DNA of 64,000 nt from Bacteroidales bacterium (GTDB lineage Bacteria; Bacteroidota; Bacteroidia; Bacteroidales; Marinilabiliaceae). Below are positions 49,428 through 59,381 of the stretch, piece after piece. The position numbers and the translations under genes were made by a program. Below the pieces are notes generated by a model. That model made no database searches and was not told the origin of the DNA. It saw only the letters and a program-made list of their open reading frames with translations. Location: NCBI GenBank assembly GCA_024401415.1, contig JAKSLC010000001.1:564-64563 (forward strand), read 5' to 3'. The first letter of the stretch is position 1, and every line of letters starts with the position of its first letter.

Positions 49428-50604
49428 TTACTTCATCTCGTCAGGGTTCACCTTGTTGTAAATCTTGAGCGAATTGCCAAGAATCTTTGTGAAGCCCTTA
49501 ACGTCATCAGCAGTAAATGCTCTGTTCTCCTCACCGTAGTCCGCGAAGCCAGAGTTCATCAAGTCATGCGATGTCTCTACACCCTCAACTACGAAACGAT
49601 ATGGATATAGTCTGATGAAAACATCTCCCGATACATTACGCTGCGATGTCTCCAACATCGCCTCTATATCTCGCATTACCGGCTCAAGATATTGCGCCTC
49701 ATGGAGCAACATGCCATACCAGTTTGCCACTTGATCTTTCCAATATGTCTGCCACTTAGTAAGTGTGTGCTTCTCCAATGTATGGTGTGCAGAAAGGATC
49801 ATCATTGGTGCAGCAGCCTCAAATCCTACTCTACCCTTGATACCAATGATTGTATCACCAAGGGGCATACCACGACCAACTGCATACTGGCAACCGATCT
49901 CCTCAAGGTCCTGAATAGCTTGAACCTTGTTGTCATATTTCTTGTCGTCAATAGCTGCTATCTCACCCTTCTCAAATGTAAGCTTAACAAGACGGCTCTC
50001 CTCTTTGGCTGTCACATGACTTGGATAAGCATTTTCTGGAAGAGTCTGACGTGTTGTCAAAGTCTCCTTGCCACCAATAGATGTACCCCATAGACCCTTG
50101 TTAATAGAGTACTCCATCTTTGTCCAGTCTCGAACTAATCTCATACTGACGAGAGAGCTTAAGATCTCTAGTAGGAGTAATGATATTTATCTCAGGCGCC
50201 AATATCTGGAAAGTCAAATCAAAACGAACCTGATCATTACCAGCACCTGTCGAACCATGTGCAATGTGCTTTGCACCGATCTCACGAGCATAATTCACAA
50301 TGGCCAATGCCTGGAACATACGCTCAGATGAAACCGAAATAGGATAAGTATTGTTACGTAGTATATTGCCATAAACCATATAACGAATACAACGTGTATA
50401 GTAGCTTTCTGTCACATCGAGAGTTGTGTGTGACTTCACTCCTAGCTCATATGCCTTTGTCTCGATATCCTTCAACTGCTCAGCTGTAAATCCGCCTGTA
50501 TTAGCGATTGCTGTATGCACTTCAAGACCAAGGTCCTTAGAAAGATGTTTTACACAGAATGATGTATCCAAACCACCACTGTATGCTAGTACTACTTTTT
50601 CCAT
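49428..50604 (-). pseudogene. argG: argininosuccinate synthase, disrupted by a frameshift near 50130-50136
   Basis: The N-terminal 5'-part ORF 50101-50604 (AYSGGLDTS, HGSTGAGNDQVRFD) and the C-terminal 3'-part ORF 49428-50144 (EYSINKGLWGTSIGGKE...) lie in different frames and overlap by 44 nt. Confidence 0.8.
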
Positions 50605-50714
50605 ATTACTCCTAATGAGTGTTATATTTATCTTGTTTGCTTTATCTATTTAATCAACTTCAAAGATACTAGATATATGCCATTTATCAAATACCCAACA
50701 CCTCTTTTAGTATT

Positions 50715-51332
50715 TTACTTACCGCTAATGAAGCTTTTCAAGCGCTCCCAAGCACTTTTCTTCTGCTGGTCAGACAACTTTCCAGACACCTCATTTGTAT
50801 CCTTTGCAGGATCGAACAACATACCTGTACATATACATTTAGTGAAATTATTACGAGTAAGCACGTCGTAATTAATACACCCCTGACAGCCTTTCCAAAA
50901 TGAAGGATCATCCGTCAACTCAGAGAATGTCACAGGTTTATAACCAAGTTCAGTATTGATCTTCATCACGGCAAGAGTCGAAGTCAAACCAAATATCTTA
51001 GCATTTGGCCACTTCTTTCTCGACAATTCAAATGCTTTGTGCTTGATCTTTTTTGCCAAGCCATGACCACGATATTCGTTCTTAACAATGAGGCCCGAAT
51101 TAGCCACAAATTTCTCGTGGCCCCACGACTCGATATAGCAGAATCCTACAAACTCATCACCATGCATGGCGATAATAGCTTTTCCCTCACGCATCTTTTT
51201 CTTCACATACTCAGGATCACGCTTTGCGATACCAGTGCCACGTGCTTTTGCCGCTACGGCAATAGTCTCCAATATCTCATCTACGTATTGGATATGCTCC
51301 TCTGAGGCTACAATAATGTTAAATTCGCTCAT
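50715..51332 (-). CDS. GNAT family N-acyltransferase, first gene of the arg operon (candidate glutamate N-acyltransferase)
   Basis: GNAT core VGFCYIESW...RGHGLAKKI; position ahead of argG as in Bacteroides arg clusters. Confidence 0.75.
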   Translation of the reverse strand: MSEFNIIVASEEHIQYVDEILETIAVAAKARGTGIAKRDPEYVKKKMREGKAIIAMHGDEFVGFCYIESWGHEKFVANSGLIVKNEYRGHGLAKKIKHKAFELSRKKWPNAKIFGLTSTLAVMKINTELGYKPVTFSELTDDPSFWKGCQGCINYDVLTRNNFTKCICTGMLFDPAKDTNEVSGKLSDQQKKSAWERLKSFISGK

Positions 51333-51358
51333 CTTAGGTTTTCTTTTTCTATGGTAGC

Positions 51359-51376
51359 TATGAATTTTTATTCATT
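51359..51376. promoter_or_regulatory. ARG box (ArgR operator)
   Basis: TATGAATTTTTATTCATT fits the consensus TNTGAATWWWWATTCANW at every position. It lies 27-44 nt upstream of the GNAT start, just downstream of the -7 box. Confidence 0.65.
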
Positions 51377-51384
51377 TGACGACG

Positions 51385-51392
51385 CAAAAGTA
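51385..51392 (-). promoter_or_regulatory. -7 box (TACTTTTG on minus strand) of the arg operon
   Basis: CAAAAGTA on the plus strand, 53 nt upstream of ATG 51332. Confidence 0.4.
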
Positions 51393-51441
51393 TGCATAAA
51401 TATAATACGGTATACAACCAAGCAGTGAATATTTTCGCATT

Positions 51442-52305
51442 TTAATGTTTTTTTATCCATTCAGGACGCAAAACGTATGTCAAGCCTGGCAACGAAGCCA
51501 CTAATGATGTCATATAAAATACCGCACTGAACGCTACCGACATACCATTGTCTACATTAAGATACTGCGAACCAAGCACAAACGTAGCTTCTCTCGACCC
51601 TATACCACCCACACTGATAGGAATGGCCGATGCAATGCTACTCATACAAAACCAAAAAATGTAATTCTGTAGGTTTTCTACTTGCCCGCCTAGACTGACC
51701 ACTATCAGTATGGCTGCTACCATCTGCAGACCTTGTATCAACAACGAGAAAAGTATTACTTTCCATAATTGCCTGATGGTATTACGACATAAATAATATA
51801 CGACCACATAATAACCAGCTACAGCAAATGGTATCAATACCCATAGATATTCTTGAAATGGCATTATGGATATCTCTGCTATTATCATACTGACTAGAAC
51901 CAACAGATAAATGACGATAGCCACTAGCCCACTGATTCTGTCTGACAATAATAATGCAACGATATTCTTTACGCTGCACTCATAGTTCTTCTTCAGGTAG
52001 TAGACTTTATATACATCTCCCCCCACTCCTCCTGGCAGTATAAAATTATATACCATGCCAAGCCAATATAGCTTGACATTTTCCCATCTGCCTAAATTCA
52101 AAGGAACTGTCTTATACAGAACATTGTTTCGCTCTGCACTGAATACTTGCGAAATGATATACACCAACAACGCCATAAGCAACAGACCGAAACTCGACTC
52201 TGCTACATACGACACTACTTCGTGTATATCAACTTTCGACAGCACCCACCATATAGCTGCCACCGAAACAGCAACTTTCAGTACCGTCTTTAACGCGTTC
52301 TTCAA
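51442..52305 (-). CDS. UPF0104 / lysylphosphatidylglycerol-synthase-TM-like (flippase-like) membrane protein
   Basis: 287 aa, about 8 TM segments, LPGGVGGDVYKVYYL motif; TTG start. Confidence 0.65.
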   Translation of the reverse strand: MKNALKTVLKVAVSVAAIWWVLSKVDIHEVVSYVAESSFGLLLMALLVYIISQVFSAERNNVLYKTVPLNLGRWENVKLYWLGMVYNFILPGGVGGDVYKVYYLKKNYECSVKNIVALLLSDRISGLVAIVIYLLVLVSMIIAEISIMPFQEYLWVLIPFAVAGYYVVVYYLCRNTIRQLWKVILFSLLIQGLQMVAAILIVVSLGGQVENLQNYIFWFCMSSIASAIPISVGGIGSREATFVLGSQYLNVDNGMSVAFSAVFYMTSLVASLPGLTYVLRPEWIKKH

Positions 52306-52417
52306 ACTACCTCAATAATAAAAAAACTAAATACTACTTTCTCCGTAACTTCTCTTAACGCTCTAACTATACTGCCTTAATGCAGAGAATACCCAGAGCA
52401 GTTTCAACTTTAAAATA

Positions 52418-53851
52418 TTACTTTATATTTTTCAAAGTCTGAAGCAATAAGTTGTAGAATCTCTCGACCGAAGGTATATTAACCCTCTCTTGTGGAGAAT
52501 GTGGATTCATAATCGTAGGACCAAAGGATACCATATCCCAATCTGGATACGTGCCTGCCATAATGCCACACTCTAACCCAGCATGTATTGCCATTACTTT
52601 TGGCTCCATACCGTACATCTGAGTATATGTGTCACTCAATGTCTTGAGAATAGCAGATTTAGGGTTTGGCTGCCAGCCTGGATAACCGTTATCTATCTCT
52701 ACCTCGGCTTCTGCTAATCGCATAACACTCTCTATGCTGGATGCCAAGTCTTCTTTTTCTGATTCTGATGCACTTCTGAGTAGAAAATGAACGCTTACCT
52801 TTCCTCCTTCTGTAACAATAGATGCCATATTAGAAGAGGTCTGCACCAGTCCTGGAATACTAGGGTTCATGCGTATGACACCGTTTGGACACCCTTGTAC
52901 TGCATTTATTATGTCATCTGTGCATATCTCGGAGAAAACCTGAGATGGCTTAGCTACCTTCTCAACACTTACTGATAAATTTGGCTCTACATCGGCATAC
53001 TCGTTTCTCAACAATTCATTGAACTCGGATATCATCTCTTTGAACTCATCCTCGTCTTCCGAATCTATAACTAATGTCGCAACAGCCTCTCTTGGTATCG
53101 CATTTCTAAGACTACCGCCATTGATATCTACTAAAAATGCCTCAAAATTAGCAGCAGCATATTTCAATATTCTAGCCAAAAGTTTATTCGCATTAGCCAC
53201 ACCTGTATTAATATCCATACCAGAGTGTCCGCCTCGAAGTCCGGAAACAGTAACTTTCATTGCTATATCGTCTTCTGCTGTAGGCACATATTCTATTTGG
53301 AATGTAGCTGTGACATCTTGACCACCAGCACAGCCGATGTATAACTCACCTTCTGCTTCCGAATCCAAATTTACAAGAAACTTACCACGCAAAATCCTAG
53401 GTTCAAGATTAGACGCTCCAGTCATACCTGTCTCTTCATCTGTGGTAACAAGAACCTCAAGTGGACCATGAACTGCATTCTTATCTGCCAATACAGCCAT
53501 AGCAGCAGCTACACCTATGCCATTGTCAGCTCCCAACGTAGTATTATTAGCTCTCATCCAATCTCCCTCAACAATCGTCTCAATCGGATCTGTCAAAAAA
53601 TCATGCTTACTATCAGGAGTTTTCTGAGGAACCATATCAGCATGCCCTTGAAGGATAACAGGCGTAGCGTTCTCCATACCCTTTGTTGCAGGCTTTCGGA
53701 TAATAACATTACCAATACTATCACGTATGACTTCCAAACTCAAATCGCGACCATACTGCGCTATATAATCAAGTGCTTTAGATTCATTCTTTGAAGGTCT
53801 AGGAATAGCACAAAGTGCCTGAAAATTATTCCAAAGTAATTCTGGCTTCAT
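52418..53851 (-). CDS. pepD: aminoacyl-histidine dipeptidase (M20C, PepD)
   Basis: LQGHADMV, GADNGIGVA, TTDEETGMTGA; 477 aa. Confidence 0.9.
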   Translation of the reverse strand: MKPELLWNNFQALCAIPRPSKNESKALDYIAQYGRDLSLEVIRDSIGNVIIRKPATKGMENATPVILQGHADMVPQKTPDSKHDFLTDPIETIVEGDWMRANNTTLGADNGIGVAAAMAVLADKNAVHGPLEVLVTTDEETGMTGASNLEPRILRGKFLVNLDSEAEGELYIGCAGGQDVTATFQIEYVPTAEDDIAMKVTVSGLRGGHSGMDINTGVANANKLLARILKYAAANFEAFLVDINGGSLRNAIPREAVATLVIDSEDEDEFKEMISEFNELLRNEYADVEPNLSVSVEKVAKPSQVFSEICTDDIINAVQGCPNGVIRMNPSIPGLVQTSSNMASIVTEGGKVSVHFLLRSASESEKEDLASSIESVMRLAEAEVEIDNGYPGWQPNPKSAILKTLSDTYTQMYGMEPKVMAIHAGLECGIMAGTYPDWDMVSFGPTIMNPHSPQERVNIPSVERFYNLLLQTLKNIK

Positions 53852-53863
53852 AATACTGAATAA

Positions 53864-55003
53864 TTATTTATTCTCCTTGTTGGTTGATATACTGATTAAT
53901 GCACCTGTTGTTGCATCCAGCTTTATTGTAGTACTCTCATTGAGCAAATAACTCTCAGGCAACGTAACTATCTGACCTCCTTGAGAAGTCAAAACCTCCT
54001 TCTCAACTAAAAGGTTATTCCTATCTAAAACTCTAACCGTAGTATGAGCAGGTATGTAATAACGCAAACCATTTAGGGGCGAGGCCTTTCTTTGCTTAGA
54101 ATTATCTGGCAACGAATTCAATGCTGCTTGAGGAGAAGTAATAACTTCAACGTAAATAGGCTTACCAGTTAGATCCATAGCATTCAAAAAACCATCTTTT
54201 TCACTAAAACGAGCTATCACTTCATTCTCTGCACTAGGTTCCAATGTAAAATATCTTGTAACCTTAACAACCTTACGTTTGCCGACAAACAATTCTAAGT
54301 GCTCCTTCTCAAGACGATCCAACTCAGCTAAAACTTTATCATAAGAACCTGCATCAGCAAGCAACGTAGATTCTTCACCACCAAGAATAGCAAGACGTTT
54401 ATCACGAAGAGAATAAATAGACTGAGCAACCTGTTCTGCCATTGCAGCAGTAGAAGTCTTGGTCAACACCTGTTGAGATAATTGTACAGAAGCAAAATCT
54501 ACATCATCAATAGGCATAATGTTATCACGTACCTTCTGCTTTGTGCCATGAGAATGGCGATTAGCCTTACCATCTGAAATATTGCATGAAACCAAATTAA
54601 TTCCACGTAACACTCCATCCTTAGTAAGGGATATACATGGCAAGAGAGTTCCTGTTTCAGAAAAAATCTTGTATCTTTTTGAGGGATCTGCTACAGAAAA
54701 AGTTTCAACGCTAGCAGAAACAACCTTCCAACTCTTTGAATCTTCAGTTATTACATCAGAAATATTCAAGAATTTGTTTGAGTACTTATAGAAAGGACCG
54801 GCCTTTTCGATAGTAAGTTCAGCATCTACCCTAATACGCAATTGTGTTTTTGGAAGAGAATAAACAACACCAGAGTTTGCAGCATCCGCATCATGCTCAA
54901 CAGGAGTGACCTTTATCGATTTAACATCTTTAGCAGAACATATAACGCAAGAAAGCGTCACGACAGCTACAAATAATGATCTTTTTAAAAAAGCTATAGA
55001 CAT
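53864..55003 (-). CDS. hypothetical lipoprotein/secreted protein (DUF4831-like)
   Basis: Signal peptide with Cys (VVTLSCVICSA); no catalytic motif recognised; 12 nt upstream of pepD. Confidence 0.55.
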   Translation of the reverse strand: MSIAFLKRSLFVAVVTLSCVICSAKDVKSIKVTPVEHDADAANSGVVYSLPKTQLRIRVDAELTIEKAGPFYKYSNKFLNISDVITEDSKSWKVVSASVETFSVADPSKRYKIFSETGTLLPCISLTKDGVLRGINLVSCNISDGKANRHSHGTKQKVRDNIMPIDDVDFASVQLSQQVLTKTSTAAMAEQVAQSIYSLRDKRLAILGGEESTLLADAGSYDKVLAELDRLEKEHLELFVGKRKVVKVTRYFTLEPSAENEVIARFSEKDGFLNAMDLTGKPIYVEVITSPQAALNSLPDNSKQRKASPLNGLRYYIPAHTTVRVLDRNNLLVEKEVLTSQGGQIVTLPESYLLNESTTIKLDATTGALISISTNKENK

Positions 55004-55060
55004 AAAAAAGTATTTATGATTTACGCAAAATTAAAACATATATGCAAGAGTTGAGCATAT

Positions 55061-55100
55061 AAAAGACAAAAAGTCGCCCTAGGAGATACCTAGGACGACT
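55061..55100 (-). terminator. Rho-independent terminator after secY
   Basis: AGTCGCCCTAGG (55072-55083) / CCTAGGACGACT (55089-55100), followed on the minus strand by TTTTTGTCTTTT. Confidence 0.7.
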
Positions 55101-55120
55101 TAATATATGCATTAAAGAAA

Positions 55121-56467
55121 TTAGTGCATAGCAGCGCCTACACTGCGACCCATGATACGACCTGATTTCATCAAACCATCATAGTGACGCATAAGGAGGT
55201 GGCTCTCAATCTGCTGGAGAGTATCGAGTACTACACCAACAAGGATCAAAAGAGAAGTACCGCCGTAGAACTGAGCGAAAGAATGCTCAACATGTGCTAT
55301 AGTTGCAAATGCTGGAAGAATTGCAACGATAGCCAAGAAGAATGAACCTGGAAGAGTAATCTTCGACATGATTGAGTCAATATACTCAGCAGTAGCTTTA
55401 CCTGGCTTAACACCTGGAATAAAACCATTATTTCTCTTCATCTCTTCAGACATCTGCTGTGGATTGAAAATCAAAGCAGTGTAGAAGTAAGTAAATATGA
55501 TGATGAGGAGAGCAAATACGAAGTTATACCAGAAACCTGTAAAATCAGAGAAAGTAGCAGCGAAACCTGTAGCAGCCTCAGGAGTGAACAAACCAATAAG
55601 AGTAATTGGAAGGAACATGATAGCCTGAGCAAAGATGATAGGCATTACACCAGCAGCATTGACCTTCAAAGGAATATACTGACGAACACCACCATACTGC
55701 TTATTACCCTCGATGCGTTTTGCATATTGAACTGGAATTCTGCGAGTACCCTGAACGAGCATAATAGTACCAACAAAAACGAAGAACAACATCAAGAACT
55801 CAAGGAGGAGCATTACGAGACCACCAGTTGCATTAGAAGAGAGCTTATCAGCGAACTCAGCGAAAAGAGCGTGTGGGAGACGAGCTACAATACCAATCAT
55901 GATAATCAAAGATATACCATTACCGATACCGCGGTCTGTAATACGCTCACCGAGCCACATAACGAACATTGTACCAGCAGTCAAGATAATAGTACTTGAG
56001 ATGTTGAACAATACTCCGTTCATTGCGAAAGCCTCAGATGGCAACTTATAGTGTAGGTTTGTGAGGTAAGCAGGAGCTTGGATCAAAAGGATAGCTACAG
56101 TGAGAACACGAGTCATCTGATTGATCTTTCGGCGTCCACTTTCACCATCGCGTTGCAAACGCTGGAAATAAGGGATAACCATACCCAACAATTGCACAAC
56201 GATAGATGCTGAAATATAAGGCATGATACCAAGACCTAATATTGAAGCATTGGAGAACGCGCCTCCTGAAAACATATCAAGAAGACCTAAGACACCACTA
56301 TCGCTAGTCTGTTGTTCCAGAGCCTCCAAGAACTGTGGATTTACACCAGGCAAAACCACATAAGAACCAAGTCGATAAACGAGCAGGAATCCTAGTGTAA
56401 CTAGGATCCTGTTTTTGAGCTCATCGATTTTCCAAATATTGCGAATAGTATCGATTAGTCTTCTCAT
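55121..56467 (-). CDS. secY: preprotein translocase subunit SecY
   Basis: 448 aa, 10 TM segments, LGIMPYISASI motif; follows rplO. Confidence 0.95.
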   Translation of the reverse strand: MRRLIDTIRNIWKIDELKNRILVTLGFLLVYRLGSYVVLPGVNPQFLEALEQQTSDSGVLGLLDMFSGGAFSNASILGLGIMPYISASIVVQLLGMVIPYFQRLQRDGESGRRKINQMTRVLTVAILLIQAPAYLTNLHYKLPSEAFAMNGVLFNISSTIILTAGTMFVMWLGERITDRGIGNGISLIIMIGIVARLPHALFAEFADKLSSNATGGLVMLLLEFLMLFFVFVGTIMLVQGTRRIPVQYAKRIEGNKQYGGVRQYIPLKVNAAGVMPIIFAQAIMFLPITLIGLFTPEAATGFAATFSDFTGFWYNFVFALLIIIFTYFYTALIFNPQQMSEEMKRNNGFIPGVKPGKATAEYIDSIMSKITLPGSFFLAIVAILPAFATIAHVEHSFAQFYGGTSLLILVGVVLDTLQQIESHLLMRHYDGLMKSGRIMGRSVGAAMH

Positions 56468-56473
56468 ACTCTT

Positions 56474-56920
56474 TTACAATTTTACGATAGAACCTTGAGC
56501 CTTCTCGATAGCCTCTTGTGCTGTCTTTGAGAAAGCGTGAGCAGTCACCTCGAGCTTAGCTTTAAGCTCACCAGCACCGAGGATCTTTACCAACTCGCCA
56601 CTTCCAATAATACCAAGCTGCATGAAAGTATCAACTGTGAAAGTTGTTACATTGTACTGCTCAGAAAGAGTTTGGAGCATACCAACATTGATAGCCTTGT
56701 ACTCCTTATGATTGATATTCTTGAAACCGAACTTAGGAAGACGACGTTGAATAGGCATCTGACCGCCCTCGAAGCCGAACTTCTTGTGGTAACCTGAACG
56801 AGACTTAGCGCCCTTATGACCGCGTGTACTAGTACCACCGTGACCAGAACCAGCACCTCTACCGATGCGCTTTTCATGGTGTGTAGAACCAACAGCTGGC
56901 TTTAGATTATTTAATTCCAT
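56474..56920 (-). CDS. rplO: 50S ribosomal protein L15
   Basis: RIGRGAGSGHGGTSTRGHKG; spc-cluster order. Confidence 0.95.
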   Translation of the reverse strand: MELNNLKPAVGSTHHEKRIGRGAGSGHGGTSTRGHKGAKSRSGYHKKFGFEGGQMPIQRRLPKFGFKNINHKEYKAINVGMLQTLSEQYNVTTFTVDTFMQLGIIGSGELVKILGAGELKAKLEVTAHAFSKTAQEAIEKAQGSIVKL

Positions 56921-56946
56921 GTTTTACTATAAAATTAATGTTCAGA

Positions 56947-57123
56947 CTATTTTTCTACTGATACAAGGTGCTTAACCTTAGTAATCATGCCCTGAACCGA
57001 AGGAGTATCCTCGTGCTCAACGGTCTGGTGCATTTTCTTAATGCCGAGAGCAGCCATTACCTTACGCTGCGCAGCTGGAGCGCCGATAACGCTCTTCACT
57101 TGTGTAATTTTAATCTTAGACAT
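56947..57123 (-). CDS. rpmD: 50S ribosomal protein L30
   Basis: MSKIKITQVKS... from ATG 57123 (the track start 57135 is GTG). Confidence 0.9.
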   Translation of the reverse strand: MSKIKITQVKSVIGAPAAQRKVMAALGIKKMHQTVEHEDTPSVQGMITKVKHLVSVEK

Positions 57124-57143
57124 TTTGTTTTGCACTATAAAAA

Positions 57144-57662
57144 TTAACCATTGAATACCTTATCCAAAGAAACACCACGCTGAGCAGCTACCTGGTAAGC
57201 GTCACGCATTTCTGCGAGAGCAGCGATAGTAGCCTTTACAAGGTTATGAGGGTTAGATGAACCCTTAGACTTTGCAAGTACGTCTGTTACACCTACGCTC
57301 TCGAGTACAGCACGCATGGCACCGCCACATGTAAGACCTGTACCGTGAGAAGCTGGCTTCATGAATACCTTAGCGCCACCGAAAGCAGCGAGTTGCTCAT
57401 GAGGCAATGTACCATGTACCAAAGGAACACGAATTAGATTCTTCTTAGCTGCCTCAACACCCTTAGCGATAGCTGCTGTAACCTCAGAAGCCTTACCGAG
57501 GCCCCATCCTACAACGCCCTTGCCATCACCAACAACTACGATAGCAGCAAAGCTGAATGCACGACCACCCTTAGTTACCTTAGTAACGCGGTTGATAGCT
57601 ACAAGACGATCCTGGAGCTCCAAGTCGTTTGTTGTTCTTACTCTTTTATTATCTCCTGCCAT
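57144..57662 (-). CDS. rpsE: 30S ribosomal protein S5
   Basis: [18 protein letters not shown]; order. Confidence 0.95.
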   Translation of the reverse strand: MAGDNKRVRTTNDLELQDRLVAINRVTKVTKGGRAFSFAAIVVVGDGKGVVGWGLGKASEVTAAIAKGVEAAKKNLIRVPLVHGTLPHEQLAAFGGAKVFMKPASHGTGLTCGGAMRAVLESVGVTDVLAKSKGSSNPHNLVKATIAALAEMRDAYQVAAQRGVSLDKVFNG

Positions 57663-57667
57663 CTTGA

Positions 57668-58018
57668 TTAGAATTTAAGGCCAGCCTCACGTGCGCCGTC
57701 TGCAAGACTCTTCACGCGGCCATGATACAAATAACCATTACGATCGAATACAACTGTCTCAATACCTGCAGCCTTAGCAGCAGCAGCAATTGCCTTACCA
57801 ACCTCTGCAGCTGCAGCAGTCTTGTCACCTGAGAAATCCTTCAAGTCTGAAGACTTAGCAGAGCAAAGTGTCTTGCCCTCGAGATCGTTTACGAGCTGTG
57901 CGTAGATATACTTATTACTACGGAATACAGTAAGACGTGGGCACTCAGCAGTACCGGAAACTTTAGACCGGATACGTGCTTTAATCTTATTTCTTCTATT
58001 TATTTTAGAAAAAGCCAT
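57668..58018 (-). CDS. rplR: 50S ribosomal protein L18
   Basis: [32 protein letters not shown]. Confidence 0.95.
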   Translation of the reverse strand: MAFSKINRRNKIKARIRSKVSGTAECPRLTVFRSNKYIYAQLVNDLEGKTLCSAKSSDLKDFSGDKTAAAAEVGKAIAAAAKAAGIETVVFDRNGYLYHGRVKSLADGAREAGLKF

Positions 58019-58038
58019 AATATTAAATGTTAACCGGT

Positions 58039-58590
58039 TTAAACCTTAGCAGACTTACCTGCCTTACGACGAATCTCCTCACCAACGAAACGGATACCCT
58101 TACCCTTATAAGGCTCTGGAGCGCGGAATGAACGAATCTTAGCACAAATCTGACCAAGGAGCTGCTTATCAGCGCACTCTACAGTGATAATAGGGTTGCT
58201 CTTACGATCTGTAACTGCTTCGATCTTAACTTCTGCAGGAACCTGAAGGTGGATAGCATGCGAATAACCGAGAGCGAGCTCTAGAATCTGGCCTTGAGAT
58301 GTAGCACGATAACCTACACCTACAAGCTCCAACTTCTGCTGATAACCAGCAGACACACCAACAACCATGTTGTTGATAAGAGCGCGGTAAAGGCCATGCA
58401 TAGAACGCATCTCCTTGTCGTCATTAGGACGCTCAACCTTAATCTCGTTGTTCTCTACAGTTACCTTAATAGCTGGGTTAATAGCTTGCTTAAGCTCGCC
58501 CTTAGGACCCTTAACAGTAATGACGTTATCCTTTACGTCTATGCTCACACCAGCTGGAATAGCAACCGGCATTTTACCAATTCTTGACAT
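58039..58590 (-). CDS. rplF: 50S ribosomal protein L6
   Basis: MSRIGKMPV...VKGPKGEL. Confidence 0.95.
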   Translation of the reverse strand: MSRIGKMPVAIPAGVSIDVKDNVITVKGPKGELKQAINPAIKVTVENNEIKVERPNDDKEMRSMHGLYRALINNMVVGVSAGYQQKLELVGVGYRATSQGQILELALGYSHAIHLQVPAEVKIEAVTDRKSNPIITVECADKQLLGQICAKIRSFRAPEPYKGKGIRFVGEEIRRKAGKSAKV

Positions 58591-58605
58591 CTGAATAACC
58601 TCCTA

Positions 58606-59004
58606 TTAATAAACGTAGCACAATACCTCGCCACCGACTTTAGCAGCACGAGCTTCCTTATCAGTCATTACACCCTTAGATGTAGATACGATAGCAATAC
58701 CGAGTCCATTGAGGACACGTGGCATATCACGGTATCCTGCATAGCTTCTCAAACCTGGAGTAGAAACTCTCTTGAGAGCCTTAATAGCAGATACACGAGA
58801 CTGAGCGTCATACTTGAGCGCAATCTTGATCATACCTTGCTTGTTGTCATCGATAAACTTGTAGTTAAGGATATAACCCTTATCAAAAAGGATCTTTGTT
58901 ATACCTTTCTTCAAGTTAGAAGCAGGAATCTCTACGACTCTGTGCTTTGCCATAATGGCGTTCCTAATTCTACTTAGGAAATCTGATACTGGATCTGTTA
59001 CCAT
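58606..59004 (-). CDS. rpsH: 30S ribosomal protein S8
   Basis: DPVSDFLSRIRNA...GGEVLCYVY. Confidence 0.95.
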   Translation of the reverse strand: MVTDPVSDFLSRIRNAIMAKHRVVEIPASNLKKGITKILFDKGYILNYKFIDDNKQGMIKIALKYDAQSRVSAIKALKRVSTPGLRSYAGYRDMPRVLNGLGIAIVSTSKGVMTDKEARAAKVGGEVLCYVY

Positions 59005-59079
59005 AAATAGTTAAAGTTTAAATTGATCGAGCCAAGCTCGACAATATTTAATACTTAATAAATAAATAAACGCTGATTA

Positions 59080-59349
59080 TTACCAGCTAGCTTTCTTTAC
59101 GCCAGGGATAAGACCTGCTGAAGCCATTTCACGGAATGCGATACGGGAAATGCCGAATTGACGCATATAACCCTTAGGACGACCCGAGAGCTTGCAACGA
59201 TTGTGCAAACGAATAGGGCAAGAGTTCTTAGGCAAAAGCTGGAGGGCAACGTAATTGCCCTCAGCCTTTAACTGAGCTCTTTTTTCCGCATATTTGGCAA
59301 CCAGCTTAGCACGCTTAACCTCGCGAGCCTTCATTGATTCTTTAGCCAT
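59080..59349 (-). CDS. rpsN: 30S ribosomal protein S14 (long, non-zinc form)
   Basis: 89 aa, ends ...[11 protein letters not shown]; no CxxC pairs. Confidence 0.93.
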   Translation of the reverse strand: MAKESMKAREVKRAKLVAKYAEKRAQLKAEGNYVALQLLPKNSCPIRLHNRCKLSGRPKGYMRQFGISRIAFREMASAGLIPGVKKASW

Positions 59350-59381
59350 TGTATACTTCTAAAAGTTTAGTTATCTAACTA

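Noticed and set aside
51391-51408. Second ARG box candidate TATGCATAAATATAATAC
   Set aside because: Only the left half-site is close to consensus, and the spacing to the strong box (32 bp) is not the canonical 21 bp.
59027-59041. Small hairpin TCGAGC-CAA-GCTCGA between rpsN and rpsH
   Set aside because: It is short and sits in an AT-rich spacer. It could be a processing or S8-binding element, but I have no basis to call it.
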